Source of the DNA: Methanotrichaceae archaeon
Lineage (GTDB): Archaea; Halobacteriota; Methanosarcinia; Methanotrichales; Methanotrichaceae
Assembly: GCA_963803145.1 (NCBI GenBank)
Contig: CAWDLW010000018.1
Location: 1 to 64,000, forward strand
Length of the DNA: 64,000 nt
Reading direction: 5' to 3'
In this document: in pieces, positions 11,007-21,381 of the stretch
How the letters are laid out: every line of letters begins with the position of its first letter
Position numbering within the stretch: position 1 is the stretch's first letter
Notes under the pieces: generated by a model
Told to the model about the DNA's origin: nothing
Database searches by the model: none
Seen by the model: the letters and a program-made list of their open reading frames with translations, nothing else
Translations under genes and position numbers: made by a program

Positions 11007-11636
11007 ATGATCAGCATAGTCGAGTATGTTAGCAACCTGATTGTAAGCATAATAAGCACCTTCGGCTACTATGGAATTTTCATAGCTATGGCTCTGGAGA
11101 GCGCCTGCATCCCACTGCCAAGCGAGGTGACTATGCCTTTTAGCGGATTTGTAGTATCTGAAGGAACGCTGACATTATGGGGCATCACCCTTGCTGGTGC
11201 TCTGGGAAACCTCTTCGGCTCAATCATTGCATACTACGTCGGCCTTAAGGGCGGCAGACCTTTCCTAGAATCCTACGGCCGTTACGTCCTCATATCCAAA
11301 AAGGAGCTCGATACCGCTGATAAATGGTTCAATAAACACGGCGATAGAGCAGTCCTAATAGGCCGTGTGCTGCCTGGTATTCGAACCTATATTTCGCTTC
11401 CTGCCGGCATTGCAATGATGGACTTCAAGAAGTTTGTCTTCTATACCTTTGCAGGCTCTCTGCCCTGGTGCTTTGTTCTCGGATATTCAGGCGTCCTTTT
11501 AGGTCCGAAATGGGAATCGCTTAAAGGCTGGTTCCACATTTTTGATGCGATAATAGTAGCTGGAGTGATATTGGCAGTAGTCTATCTTTTATACAAATAT
11601 AGATACAAATATAGACGAAGCCAGATTCAGGACTGA
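11007..11636 (+). CDS. DedA family membrane protein
   Basis: ESACIPLPSEV, GRVLPGIRTYISLPAG. Confidence 0.9.
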   Translation: MISIVEYVSNLIVSIISTFGYYGIFIAMALESACIPLPSEVTMPFSGFVVSEGTLTLWGITLAGALGNLFGSIIAYYVGLKGGRPFLESYGRYVLISKKELDTADKWFNKHGDRAVLIGRVLPGIRTYISLPAGIAMMDFKKFVFYTFAGSLPWCFVLGYSGVLLGPKWESLKGWFHIFDAIIVAGVILAVVYLLYKYRYKYRRSQIQD

Positions 11637-11660
11637 AAGCAGATTCAATTCTAAAAGGGA

Positions 11661-12077
11661 TTATTGTTCGCCACCTACGGATCCCTTTATCTCTACCTTG
11701 AAGACCTGCTCCTGGGCAGGAGATGTGACTGATATCGTAAGGTCAACAGGGATCTTTCCCAGGCTCACAGCTATCGGCTTGTCAGAGTTTGAGACCTCAA
11801 TTTTGAGACCCTCGGTCAGCTTTTTAAGAGATCCGATAAGATCAACAATGTTCAGGCATTCTGCGGCTGCTCTTATATCTGGTACTATTGTGATGGGCGC
11901 AACTGTTATTGGGCTTGCCGAATCGCCCGAGATCTTCGCTCCTATTGGTGCGCCTTCGCCAGATATCTGAATGCCGAGGCTGCCATCTTTTCCAGTTCCT
12001 TTGACTTTAGCCACTATCGGACGCTTATCCTGATCCTCTGTGCCCTGAACCTCAGCATCCACCTTGAATGTCACCAT
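11661..12077 (-). CDS. hypothetical protein
   Basis: 138-aa ORF with upstream AGGTG RBS-like sequence; no recognised motif. Confidence 0.6.
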   Translation of the reverse strand: MVTFKVDAEVQGTEDQDKRPIVAKVKGTGKDGSLGIQISGEGAPIGAKISGDSASPITVAPITIVPDIRAAAECLNIVDLIGSLKKLTEGLKIEVSNSDKPIAVSLGKIPVDLTISVTSPAQEQVFKVEIKGSVGGEQ

Positions 12078-12210
12078 CTTATCACCGCACCTTCCTAATG
12101 TATTCTGGGATATAAAGGATAGCGAGGCTGAATTGTAAAGATAATCGATAATAAAATATATTTATATTACTGTCGAAAAGCTGATATTCTCATACAGACC
12201 CTATCACGTT

Positions 12211-13173
12211 TTGATGCTTGAAGTCGGATATCTCAATCTCGATAACCCCATTGCAATCATATCCTCATATCATAACCCTGAGTCTAATGGATCTGCAGGG
12301 CTGCTCATGCTCGACGGCTTTGACCTTGATGAAATGACTGTATCTGAGATTGATCTATCATTGAAAACGGTGGATTCATCATCTGCACTTGGAATCTCAG
12401 TCACATGCTCAGATGATGAGCCCCTTGTAGAGGCAGCCAAGATCGCGAGCAAGAATCTATGCCTCCTAGAGCTGAATCTATCAAAGATAAGGGATACAGT
12501 ACGCTTGACAGAGCTTGTTTCTCGCATAAAGAGATGCGGCACAACGCTTTCCGTAAGAACCCGGCCGGAGAACCTATCGGACGATCTCTTCAAGATTCTA
12601 AGCGACGAGGGTCTGGATCTTATTCATCTTGATCTGAGGGGACTAAACGGCGCAAGTCCAAAAGCTGTAAGGAAGGCTGCGGATGCACATGGTCCTAAAA
12701 TCATGGCTCTGGGAGATATTGTCGATTTTGATAGTGCTAAGCAGCTTATGGATATGGGAGCGGATATGGTTTCGCTTCGTGGGGCAGATCACGATTTCAC
12801 AGATTGGCTATCGGTAGCGATGAAGGAGTTCGATGGCTTAAGCGGCTGGTATAATGCCCCAAAGCATATCTGCGCCGGAGGAGATCTGCGCGGACTTGCA
12901 TTCTGCTGTCCACCGGTCAAGCATTGCGCAGTTCTTGGAGCGCTCAAGCGAGCTGGTATGACGCCAGAGGAATTCATCGAGCGAAAGCTCGCATTTGCAG
13001 AAGGAACTCCCCTTAAGCGCGGTGAAGGGACCTGCTTTGGCAGCCTCGTATGGTGCTGCAAGATCACAAAGCCCTGCGGCCTCAGGGATGCTTGCCTTGC
13101 GCGAATTGGGCTCTCAAAGAAAGATTACATGGTATGGAAGAAGAAGCTGGCTGAAGCCCTATTCAAAGCATGA
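12211..13173 (+). CDS. methanogenesis marker 9 domain protein (TIM-barrel N-terminus)
   Basis: C-terminal NAPKHICAGGDLRGLAFCCPPVKHC...TCFGSLVWCCKITKPC. Confidence 0.85.
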   Translation: MMLEVGYLNLDNPIAIISSYHNPESNGSAGLLMLDGFDLDEMTVSEIDLSLKTVDSSSALGISVTCSDDEPLVEAAKIASKNLCLLELNLSKIRDTVRLTELVSRIKRCGTTLSVRTRPENLSDDLFKILSDEGLDLIHLDLRGLNGASPKAVRKAADAHGPKIMALGDIVDFDSAKQLMDMGADMVSLRGADHDFTDWLSVAMKEFDGLSGWYNAPKHICAGGDLRGLAFCCPPVKHCAVLGALKRAGMTPEEFIERKLAFAEGTPLKRGEGTCFGSLVWCCKITKPCGLRDACLARIGLSKKDYMVWKKKLAEALFKA

Positions 13174-14012
13174 GCCCCGATAAAGTAGCTCAGCTTGCCC
13201 AAGCAGCGATGCTTATTGAGCTTTCCTCAGACCCTAAACCCGGCAACGTAGACCGCTGCCACGATTTTTCAGATATGGGTTTCCACCATTTTATCATCAG
13301 CGCTGTTTCTGCCTATCCAATCTTCAGGGCTGCAGCCGGTGGCCAGTCCAGCTTTGGCAAGCTCCTCCTTGATGCGGTAAAATCCTGGAGGGATTGGAAT
13401 ATTAACAGCAATACTCACTTTGGCTCGCTTACTCTGATGATACCCTTGGCAATGGCTGCAGGTGCACCCGGAGATCTCAGGCGCAATCTGTCGGAGGTCT
13501 TGAGAGGAACAACGGCCGATGATGCAGCTGATTTTTACAATGCATTTGACTTAGCGGACGCAAGGGTCGCGGATGTAAAGGATTTCAGCCTTAAGGATTC
13601 TAATGCAGTCGAAGCCTTGCGAAGACAGGGAAAGACGCTTCTGGATCTGATGCAACTGTCCAAAAGCCATGATCTAATCGCGGGCGAATGGTCGAGCGAT
13701 TACGAGAGATCCTTTCGGCTTGCGGATATGCTCAAAGAGACGGTGCCAAAGGTGGGTATCAACATGGGCGTTGTAAGAACCTACCTGACGGCGCTTGCCG
13801 AGAAGCCAGATAGTCTTGTTCAGGCAAAGTATGGACTGTCAAAAGCAGCGGATGTATCATCGAGCGCAAAGCAGGCTTTAGAGGATTCAACTCTTGAGAG
13901 TGCCCGGAAGCTTGATCTTGAACTGCTTGCTGAGGACGTGAACCCAGGATCTACGGCAGATCTGATTGCATCAGCTTTATTTATCTCCCTGCTGAAGGGG
14001 CTGAAGTGCTGA
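13170..14012 (+). CDS. triphosphoribosyl-dephospho-CoA synthase (CitG family)
   Basis: PKPGNVDR, NTHFG, NPGSTADL motifs. Confidence 0.85.
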   Translation: MSPDKVAQLAQAAMLIELSSDPKPGNVDRCHDFSDMGFHHFIISAVSAYPIFRAAAGGQSSFGKLLLDAVKSWRDWNINSNTHFGSLTLMIPLAMAAGAPGDLRRNLSEVLRGTTADDAADFYNAFDLADARVADVKDFSLKDSNAVEALRRQGKTLLDLMQLSKSHDLIAGEWSSDYERSFRLADMLKETVPKVGINMGVVRTYLTALAEKPDSLVQAKYGLSKAADVSSSAKQALEDSTLESARKLDLELLAEDVNPGSTADLIASALFISLLKGLKC

Positions 14013-14605
14013 TGATACTACAAGGCAAGGATGCTCTAGATGAGCTTGGGATTTTAGACGGCATAAACGAGATCATCGCAACAACCGAGAAGGATGGCAG
14101 GATCAATGCAGCTCCTCTGGGGATAATAAGAGATGGAGATAATCTCTACATCCGTCTTTTCACAGGAACGCATACCTACGAAAACATTCTGGCAACCGGC
14201 TGGTTTGTGGCAAACGTAACCCATGATGCATGGCTCTTTGCAGAGACCGCCATCGAAGATCTGACGCCGAGCCACTTCGTCTGCCGTGAGAATCTGCCGA
14301 TCCTCAAGGATACCGAAGCCTGGGCGCTTTTCAGATGCAGTGCATTTCCCCTTGATATAGTCATAGCAAATATTGAGTTCGTGAAGGGAGAGATTCTAAG
14401 AAAGGATTTCAGAGCGTTCAACCGCGGCACAAATTTGGTTATAGAGGCTGCCGTTGCTGCAACCAGATATCTGGCCCTGCGAACGGATTCGTACTATGAT
14501 GAGATCCTGAAGTTCAGGAGAATCATAGATCGCTGTGGCGGCCCAAGAGAACGCGAAGCAATGGAAAGACTCATGGATAGAATCGATAGCTACTCACATA
14601 TATAA
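14006..14605 (+). CDS. DUF447 family protein
   Basis: EIIATT...NAAPLGI...THTYEN...FNRG..LVIEAAV.ATR; usual neighbour of archaeal citG. Confidence 0.75.
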   Translation: MLMILQGKDALDELGILDGINEIIATTEKDGRINAAPLGIIRDGDNLYIRLFTGTHTYENILATGWFVANVTHDAWLFAETAIEDLTPSHFVCRENLPILKDTEAWALFRCSAFPLDIVIANIEFVKGEILRKDFRAFNRGTNLVIEAAVAATRYLALRTDSYYDEILKFRRIIDRCGGPREREAMERLMDRIDSYSHI

Positions 14606-14712
14606 TCTAAATAACGTTGCTGAGGATTCACAAACAATATTGCTAAACACTATTGATAATGCTATTAACTGTAATATTATTAATATGACCAGCGCATCTA
14701 TTACATATTCCC

Positions 14713-15387
14713 ATGACAACACTAAATCGACTTCCTTCAGGCTGTCAAAGCCTTGACCGCCTCCTTGGCGGCGGCTTTGAAGCAGGCATCATTACACAGC
14801 TCTACGGAGAGGCAGGCACTGGAAAGACAAATATCGCAATTCAGCTTGCAATCCAGGTTGTAAGCCGTGGTCTCAGAGTCATTTTCATAGATACTGAAGG
14901 GTTTTCACCTGATAGATTTGCCCAAATAGCAGGTGAAAATGCTAAAGAGATCGCTGGCAGAATCATGATCTTTGAACCAATGAGCCTTGAGCAGCAGCAT
15001 ATTTCAATAAAGGAAGCTGCCAAGGTCGCGGGAAAGGATCTGGGGCTGGTTGTGCTGGATTCAGCGACATCTCTTTACCGCATTCTTCTGGAGGCTGAGG
15101 ACAACCGCGCAGTCAGGAGGATGTTGTCTGTCCAGATGAGCGAACTTCAGGAGATGGCACGTAAGCATATGATTCCTGTAGTGATCACAAACCAGATCTA
15201 CACTGATATAGAGACAGGAACATTGCGGCCGCTGGGAGGAACCTCGATGGAACATTTATGCAAGGCAATAATATCACTGGAAAAGATCGGAGACGGCGCA
15301 AGACGTGCAAGGGTTGTTAAGCATAGATCTCAGCCCGAGGGTGAGACTGCCGAGTTCAGGATAACTGCAAAGGGCATTGAAGGCTGA
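14713..15387 (+). CDS. radB: DNA repair and recombination protein RadB
   Basis: GEAGTGKT Walker A, FIDTEG, VITNQ, basic KHR motif, 224 aa. Confidence 0.93.
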   Translation: MTTLNRLPSGCQSLDRLLGGGFEAGIITQLYGEAGTGKTNIAIQLAIQVVSRGLRVIFIDTEGFSPDRFAQIAGENAKEIAGRIMIFEPMSLEQQHISIKEAAKVAGKDLGLVVLDSATSLYRILLEAEDNRAVRRMLSVQMSELQEMARKHMIPVVITNQIYTDIETGTLRPLGGTSMEHLCKAIISLEKIGDGARRARVVKHRSQPEGETAEFRITAKGIEG

Positions 15388-15410
15388 TGGTTAAAGGTCA
15401 ATTAACAAGG

Positions 15411-15911
15411 TTAAAGAGTCTTCTTCATTACAATTGCTGTTTCCCCATCCGAGTAGTAGCCCGGATAAATACCTGCCACCCGAAAGCCCATCTGGGAGTA
15501 AAGGCTTTGGGCATTTTTGTTGCTTACGCGGACCTCCAGTGTGGCACTAACAGCGCCTATCTGACGGAAAATATTGAGAACAGTTGCAAGTAGCCTTCTT
15601 CCTACTCCTCTGCCCTGAAAGCCGGGACGAACAGCCAGCCAGAATACTCTGCCCTCAAGAGGAGTATGCTTGAATCCCAGAACGAAGCCAACGACACGGC
15701 CATTGCTCTCTGCCACGAGTGTTGTTTTGCCATAATACTCATAAAAGGCCGTGAATATCGATGGATCATAACCTCCGAATACCTCTCTATCTATCTCAAG
15801 AACTCCCTCAAAGTCGCGAGATGTCAGTCGCTTGATCTGTATAGATCCATTGCTCGGCCCAATTCGTTCGCCCGTCTGCTCAAGGTACCTCTCTTCGGGT
15901 TCCATATCCAA
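15411..15911 (-). CDS. rimI: RimI-like N-acetyltransferase
   Basis: LAVRPGFQGRGVG, LEVRVSN, YYSDGETAIVM. Confidence 0.85.
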   Translation of the reverse strand: MDMEPEERYLEQTGERIGPSNGSIQIKRLTSRDFEGVLEIDREVFGGYDPSIFTAFYEYYGKTTLVAESNGRVVGFVLGFKHTPLEGRVFWLAVRPGFQGRGVGRRLLATVLNIFRQIGAVSATLEVRVSNKNAQSLYSQMGFRVAGIYPGYYSDGETAIVMKKTL

Positions 15912-15950
15912 ATGTGTTAGACCCGTATAGCTGAAATAGTTTATCGAACG

Positions 15951-16721
15951 TCAGAAGTAATCAACCAATTTAGCTATCGAATCAAGCACAAGATATGGCG
16001 TGACACCTGAGTCTCCGACGAGATCCTCCCTGTACTTCCCTGTCCTTACAAGTATTCCCCTCATGCCCAGTGCCTGAGCGCCACCAATATCAGTCAAAAT
16101 ATCATCTCCGATCATTGCCGCCTCATCGGGCTGCACATTGATGTCCCTAAGAGCCAGCTCAAAGAAATCCTTTGATGGCTTTCCCATTAGCTCAGATTTC
16201 TTCCCAGTGGCATATTCAAGAGCTGCCACAAATGGACCTGTGGAAAGCACAAGCCCATCTGAGCCCATCCAATATCTATCTCGTTCCAGCGCCAATATCT
16301 CAGCGCCATCAAGTATGAGCCTCAACGCCTTGTTTAGACGATCATATGTGAACACATCGCCTGCATCGCCTATAACAACGAAGTCCACGTCCTCATCTGT
16401 TATTGTTATTCCATGCTCCTCGAAATCCCTATTTACATCACCAGTTGCCAAAAGAAAGCATCTCTTTTTATCGAACCTTTTCATGTACTCGACAGCCGCC
16501 AGCGGCGGAGTAAATATGAGGTCCGGAGATATATCGAATCCAAATCCATTCAGCCTTTCTGCAACCGATCTCCTGGACCTTCTAGTCGAGTTCGAAACGA
16601 ATCTGTAGTTATATCCAAGATCGTCCATCGAACACAGGCATTCTTTCGCTCCCTCGACTGGCTTTTTGCCGACGTACAGCACACCATCAAGATCTATCAG
16701 AAATGCTTTCGTATCCATCAT
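15951..16721 (-). CDS. HAD-IIA hydrolase (TIGR01458-like)
   Basis: DLDGVL, GKPS, MIGDD..TDI.GA, VRTGKY. Confidence 0.9.
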   Translation of the reverse strand: MMDTKAFLIDLDGVLYVGKKPVEGAKECLCSMDDLGYNYRFVSNSTRRSRRSVAERLNGFGFDISPDLIFTPPLAAVEYMKRFDKKRCFLLATGDVNRDFEEHGITITDEDVDFVVIGDAGDVFTYDRLNKALRLILDGAEILALERDRYWMGSDGLVLSTGPFVAALEYATGKKSELMGKPSKDFFELALRDINVQPDEAAMIGDDILTDIGGAQALGMRGILVRTGKYREDLVGDSGVTPYLVLDSIAKLVDYF

Positions 16722-16843
16722 ACGCCGTTTACGTCAGATAGAATATCAATCTCTCGGGCGTTTGCATAGGACTTGGCATCTCCCAATAACATCAGCTAAC
16801 TTCTCTATCAAAGGCGTACCTTGATAAAGGTATAGAATATCTT

Positions 16844-17500
16844 TTGGTATCGATGTTGAGATATCTCCTCAGAACAGGAGTTTTATTGCTAACGGCACTG
16901 ATGTTCATTAACATCATATCCGCAGATGAATTCAACGGCACTACATATCGCCTAACCTCAGACCAGATGGAGGTAGCACAACCTGTCGATGCTTCAGCCC
17001 TTAATCTGACGCTTCAGGAAAAGGCCATCAATATGTCGCTACTGGATTCTGGGGGCAGAAGCGTAGGACTAAAAGAAAGCGATACATTCTGGAGAGGAGA
17101 TTATAGTTATAGACTTATATTCGATAAACACGTTTCAGGCAAACTAGTCTATACTGTACCCTATCAAGGCCAGAGGCTCGCTCTGTCTCTTGAAGGGAAC
17201 AAAGATGTACGCGTTATCCTTCCCCCGGGCTATACAACCGGAAATAGATTCTTTGGCATCGCCATGCCCAATCCTGATACTACGAAGATAGATAAGGACG
17301 TGACTGAGCTCACCTGGTTAAATGTATCAGGCGATGAAATAATAGATATCAGCTACTACAAAAGCACTGCTCCCGAGATTGTAGGGACTATATTCATAGC
17401 GATCGCAGCTGCATCATTGATTCTGTTTGCTGAATACTATGCTAGCATTAGGAGGCTCAGATCCATCAGAGATAAGGCTGAGAGAGAGATGAAATATTAA
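16844..17500 (+). CDS. secreted/membrane-anchored protein (DUF5803-like)
   Basis: Signal peptide, VILPPGYTTGNRFFG, C-terminal TM helix followed by a basic tail. Confidence 0.6.
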   Translation: MVSMLRYLLRTGVLLLTALMFINIISADEFNGTTYRLTSDQMEVAQPVDASALNLTLQEKAINMSLLDSGGRSVGLKESDTFWRGDYSYRLIFDKHVSGKLVYTVPYQGQRLALSLEGNKDVRVILPPGYTTGNRFFGIAMPNPDTTKIDKDVTELTWLNVSGDEIIDISYYKSTAPEIVGTIFIAIAAASLILFAEYYASIRRLRSIRDKAEREMKY

Positions 17501-17546
17501 AACCACGATATTAATAATATTACTTTATTAAATTCGAGGCCTGAGA

Positions 17547-18233
17547 ATGAAAGGATCAAAGGTTGTGTGCGACAGAGTGTATGTTGTGGGCGGTCCGAGA
17601 CTATCAAGCCCTGAGGATTGCTGTATATATCTGGTAGATGCGGGCAGTGAGCTGGTGCTAATAGATTCAGGCGTTGGCCATGGTATGAATAGAATTGAAG
17701 AAAACATGAGATCAACAGGCTTAGAGCCAGTTCGAATCTGGCATATCATTGCCACACACTGCCATATAGACCATATAGGCGGCCTTTCTGGTTTTGTTGA
17801 TAAATATGGTTCAAAGATTATTGCGCATGAGCTTGACTGGGCAGGAATCGCTGGAGAGAATAACGAACTTACGGCTGCAAGCATGTACGGCGTAGAATAC
17901 AGACCTGTCAAAGTTGATATGATTCTCAAAGGAGAGCTAGAGAAGCTCAGGCTTGGGGATCTTGAGTTCAATTTCCTGCATACGCCCGGCCATACCCCTG
18001 GAAGCATATCAGTGTATATCGATACAGCTGATGGGCGTGTTCTCTTCGGCCAGGATATCCACGGCCCGTTTTCTTCATCCTGGGGCTCCGATATGAAGCA
18101 ATGGCGCAAATCGATGGAGAAGCTTTTAGCTTTAAAGGCTGACGTGCTCTGCGAAGGGCACGCAGGTGTTTATAAAGGGGATAAAATAAGGAAGTATATC
18201 GAGGCGTACCTGAAAAGATATCAAGTAGATTAG
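17547..18233 (+). CDS. MBL-fold metallo-hydrolase
   Basis: THCHIDHIGG, HTPGHTPGS, LCEGH. Confidence 0.9.
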   Translation: MKGSKVVCDRVYVVGGPRLSSPEDCCIYLVDAGSELVLIDSGVGHGMNRIEENMRSTGLEPVRIWHIIATHCHIDHIGGLSGFVDKYGSKIIAHELDWAGIAGENNELTAASMYGVEYRPVKVDMILKGELEKLRLGDLEFNFLHTPGHTPGSISVYIDTADGRVLFGQDIHGPFSSSWGSDMKQWRKSMEKLLALKADVLCEGHAGVYKGDKIRKYIEAYLKRYQVD

Positions 18234-18460
18234 GGCTGTTCCTGCTGAATAACGCTTACAAATTTTATTACTTACAAAGCCATTTCATTTGTTATTATTG
18301 AAATATGTTGTATCGATATGCAGTCAATGTATAAAGCAAAGAATTCTAAGAAAGTAAATTTAGTAAATAGTTACCAAAGGATTGATAACAACATATCATA
18401 AGGTCAAAACATTAGCATAAGGTTATATCTTATCAAGAGTATTCACATTTTCGGAAATAA

Positions 18461-19417
18461 ATGGAAGGGTCGTTCATGAAAACTAAACTGTTTTTAATAG
18501 CTATAGCCGCAATTTTTGTCTTAATCAGCGGCGTATACGCAATGGAAGGCTATGGAAATCAAAACGGATATCAAAACCAGATATACCCTGTATATCCGAC
18601 AAGTGCGCCAACAGGCCATACATATCCATCAAACTATGAGGCACCTAGCGGCCACGTATCTCCAACTGGCGCATGTGCTCCGACATCTTATGAGTGTCCA
18701 TCAGGTTCCAGTTGTCCAAGCTGCTCCGATTGTCCAACCGGTGCTGATTGTACGACAGGATCCTGCTGCCCGACAGGTGATAAATGTGCAACTGGCTGCA
18801 ACTGCCCAACTGGTGAGAAGTGCGCAACTGATTCCTGCTGTCCAACCGGCAAAGAGTGTGCAACCGGCTGCGGTTGTCCAACAGGCGATAAATGTGCAAC
18901 AGGCTCCTGCTGCCCATCAAAGAGCGATTGCGTATCAGGAGTAAAGTGCATAACAGGCGATAAGTGTGCAACCGGCGCCCGCTGTCCATCTGATTGCGGC
19001 TGCCCATCATGCGGCAATTGTCCGACGGGCAACAAGTGCACAACAGGCTCTAATTGCCCGACAGGCGATAAATGCACAACATGCGCCTACTGTGTGACAG
19101 GCGCCAAATGTCCAACAGACTGCGGCTGCCCAACTGGAGCTAGCTGCACTACAGGTTCCTGCTGCCCAACAGGTGGAAGCTGCGTGACAGGAAGATTCTG
19201 CCCCACCAGCGAGGGATGCCTAACAGGCCATACCTGTCCAACAAGCTGCAATGCACCCTCAGGACATTTCTGCCCAACATCAAGTGAAGCACCCTCAGGA
19301 CATGCTTGCCCAACAAGCTGCAATGCACCCACAGGCAACATATATCCTACAAATAGCGGCTACTCTGCATCCAGCAGCTATCAGACCAGCAGCTACGCTG
19401 CAAGTGGCTATTATTGA
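18461..19417 (+). CDS. secreted Cys-rich CPTG-hexapeptide repeat protein 1
   Basis: Signal peptide (MKTKLFLIAIAAIFVLISGVYA); ~47 Cys spaced mainly every 6 residues; TATA-like GGTTATATC upstream. Confidence 0.8.
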   Translation: MEGSFMKTKLFLIAIAAIFVLISGVYAMEGYGNQNGYQNQIYPVYPTSAPTGHTYPSNYEAPSGHVSPTGACAPTSYECPSGSSCPSCSDCPTGADCTTGSCCPTGDKCATGCNCPTGEKCATDSCCPTGKECATGCGCPTGDKCATGSCCPSKSDCVSGVKCITGDKCATGARCPSDCGCPSCGNCPTGNKCTTGSNCPTGDKCTTCAYCVTGAKCPTDCGCPTGASCTTGSCCPTGGSCVTGRFCPTSEGCLTGHTCPTSCNAPSGHFCPTSSEAPSGHACPTSCNAPTGNIYPTNSGYSASSSYQTSSYAASGYY

Positions 19418-19586
19418 AGGATAAAGGGTCTCAGCACGAGCTGAGGCCTCCTCTATTTTCTCATAATTCTAATACGTAACTTGGTGTCACACGTTTAATT
19501 ATAATATTCGATAAGAGTGTTACATTCGCGCACAGTTATATCGTAATAAGAATGCAACATTATTAAAAATAAACGGAGGTAAGCAA

Positions 19587-20537
19587 GTGAAATTTATAAT
19601 TGCTCTGTTTGGTATCATCGCAACTTTCGCATTATTCAACAGCGCTTATGCTATGGGTGATCAACCCAATTATGCGGGAGGATATACACACCCTACAGAT
19701 TGTAACGCTCCTACGGGGCATGCCTGCCCAACAAGCTATACTGGGCCTACAGGCTACGTTTGTCCCACAAGCTCAAGCTATCCAACGAGTTACTGCACCC
19801 CAACCTGCTATAACTGCCCAACCAGCAGCGACTGCCCAACAGACTCAAACTGCCCTACGGGCAGTGATTGTACAACCGGCAGCGAATGTACATCTGGCAG
19901 CAGCTGTCCTACCTGTATGAGCTGTCCAACAGGATGCGACTGTTCAACCGATTCATGCTGCCCGACAGGCAGTGACTGCTTAACAGGTCCAGGCTGTCCG
20001 ACAGGTGGGGAATGTTCAACAGGTTCCTGCTGTCCATCAGGTGGCGATTGTGCCACGGGCTTCGGTTGTCCCACGGACGGCAAATGTCCGACAAGCACGA
20101 CATGTCCAACGGATGACGGCTGTCCAACCGGTAGCAATTGCCCAACTGGAAGTGGATGTATAACTGGCCACAACTGTATAAGCAGTGCCGTCTATCCAAC
20201 TGTCTCGAGATGCCCAACCACAAGCATCTATCCAACAAATACATGTACAACCGGCAGTTACTCGCCAACAAGCTATTCTGCAACCGGCCATGTTTATCCA
20301 ACGACTAGCTATCCTACAAGTGCTGCCTATTCGTCAGCAAGCTATATGAGCATAGGAGGCATGACTGGCAGTCATTATGTAACGACTGACGGCCACTACA
20401 TGCCGGCTGATATCAATTCCTTGATGCATAAAAACCAAGCTGAGAGTCAGAATGAAAGCGTAAGCTGTCGGCGTTTTAGCCAACTAAATACCTCTCGCAT
20501 TCCGGGGGACCCGCGAGTCGCTTCGCTCCCGCGCTAG
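19587..20537 (+). CDS. secreted Cys-rich CPTG-hexapeptide repeat protein 2
   Basis: Paralog of 18461: signal peptide, GGAGG RBS, same C-P/x-T-G/S repeats; atypical C-terminal extension. Confidence 0.78.
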   Translation: MKFIIALFGIIATFALFNSAYAMGDQPNYAGGYTHPTDCNAPTGHACPTSYTGPTGYVCPTSSSYPTSYCTPTCYNCPTSSDCPTDSNCPTGSDCTTGSECTSGSSCPTCMSCPTGCDCSTDSCCPTGSDCLTGPGCPTGGECSTGSCCPSGGDCATGFGCPTDGKCPTSTTCPTDDGCPTGSNCPTGSGCITGHNCISSAVYPTVSRCPTTSIYPTNTCTTGSYSPTSYSATGHVYPTTSYPTSAAYSSASYMSIGGMTGSHYVTTDGHYMPADINSLMHKNQAESQNESVSCRRFSQLNTSRIPGDPRVASLPR

Positions 20538-20759
20538 CTGTTTACGGGGCTGTCGCTCAATCGCCGCGACGGGCTAACGCCCTCCGGGACTGTTCACGAG
20601 GAGAGATGGGCTGGTTGATCGGACCTAGCTACTTCGCATGGCCTGGACGTTTTATACCGACCAGCTGCAGCCCACAAATGAGAAAAAGGCACGGTTATTC
20701 CGTGACCTGGATGAGGTCGAGGAAAATTTTGAAAGGCTTAAGTAAAATATCATAGAACC

Positions 20760-21137
20760 TCAAAATCCGCTTCTTATTGTATCAAGTTTGTCCTTTGCAG
20801 GACGGTGAACATCAAAGGAGTAAAAGCCTTTCAGTATATTGCACGATTCGTATTCATTGCAGCCGGCACATGTGACAAGGTTCTTTTCCTGACAGCATGG
20901 TCGAATAGCGCATTTATCGCATCCGAAGAAATGACCAAGATCGGATCTGCAGCCGTGGCAGTTCATATCTTCGGGTTTCAGGCTTTCTATTCCAACCGCT
21001 TCAAGAATCTCGGCGTAGAGATCTGTCCACCCTCTAGCAGTTTTCTGCCTCAGAGCATCATCATTCCTGATTGTGGCGATGAATATTGGGCATTTATTGC
21101 AGTTCAATCCGCAATACGCAAGGTCCGATTCCCTCAT
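20760..21137 (-). CDS. DUF3795 domain protein
   Basis: AYCGLNCNKCP...CHGCR...CAIRPCC.EK....CAGC.EY..C. Confidence 0.8.
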   Translation of the reverse strand: MRESDLAYCGLNCNKCPIFIATIRNDDALRQKTARGWTDLYAEILEAVGIESLKPEDMNCHGCRSDLGHFFGCDKCAIRPCCQEKNLVTCAGCNEYESCNILKGFYSFDVHRPAKDKLDTIRSGF

Positions 21138-21381
21138 CCTCTGTACCTCCCCGGTTCTGCAAAGTCTCTGACATTTCTTGATAGAAATATTTCGCTGTCA
21201 AAAACCAGTAGTCAATGGATGTGTGGTATAAAAACCACGGGAGCGAATAAATGGACTTACATTAATTCGTAACGCGGACCTAAGCAAGGGGCTAATTGAA
21301 TTAACTTCCATATTAATTAGTGTAGGTTTTGACAGATTGTTTGGGTAAGGTTTGACATACGTAAGATTTGCCAGAACACTT

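Noticed and set aside
18552-20301. Alternative-frame and antisense ORFs over the Cys-rich and TPR genes
   Set aside because: These are shadows of repetitive coding sequence without their own start signals.
21195-21335. 141-bp MITE bounded by CTGTCAAAA(A)CC / GGTTTTGACAG
   Set aside because: Short imperfect IR, no target duplication and a single copy in the window.
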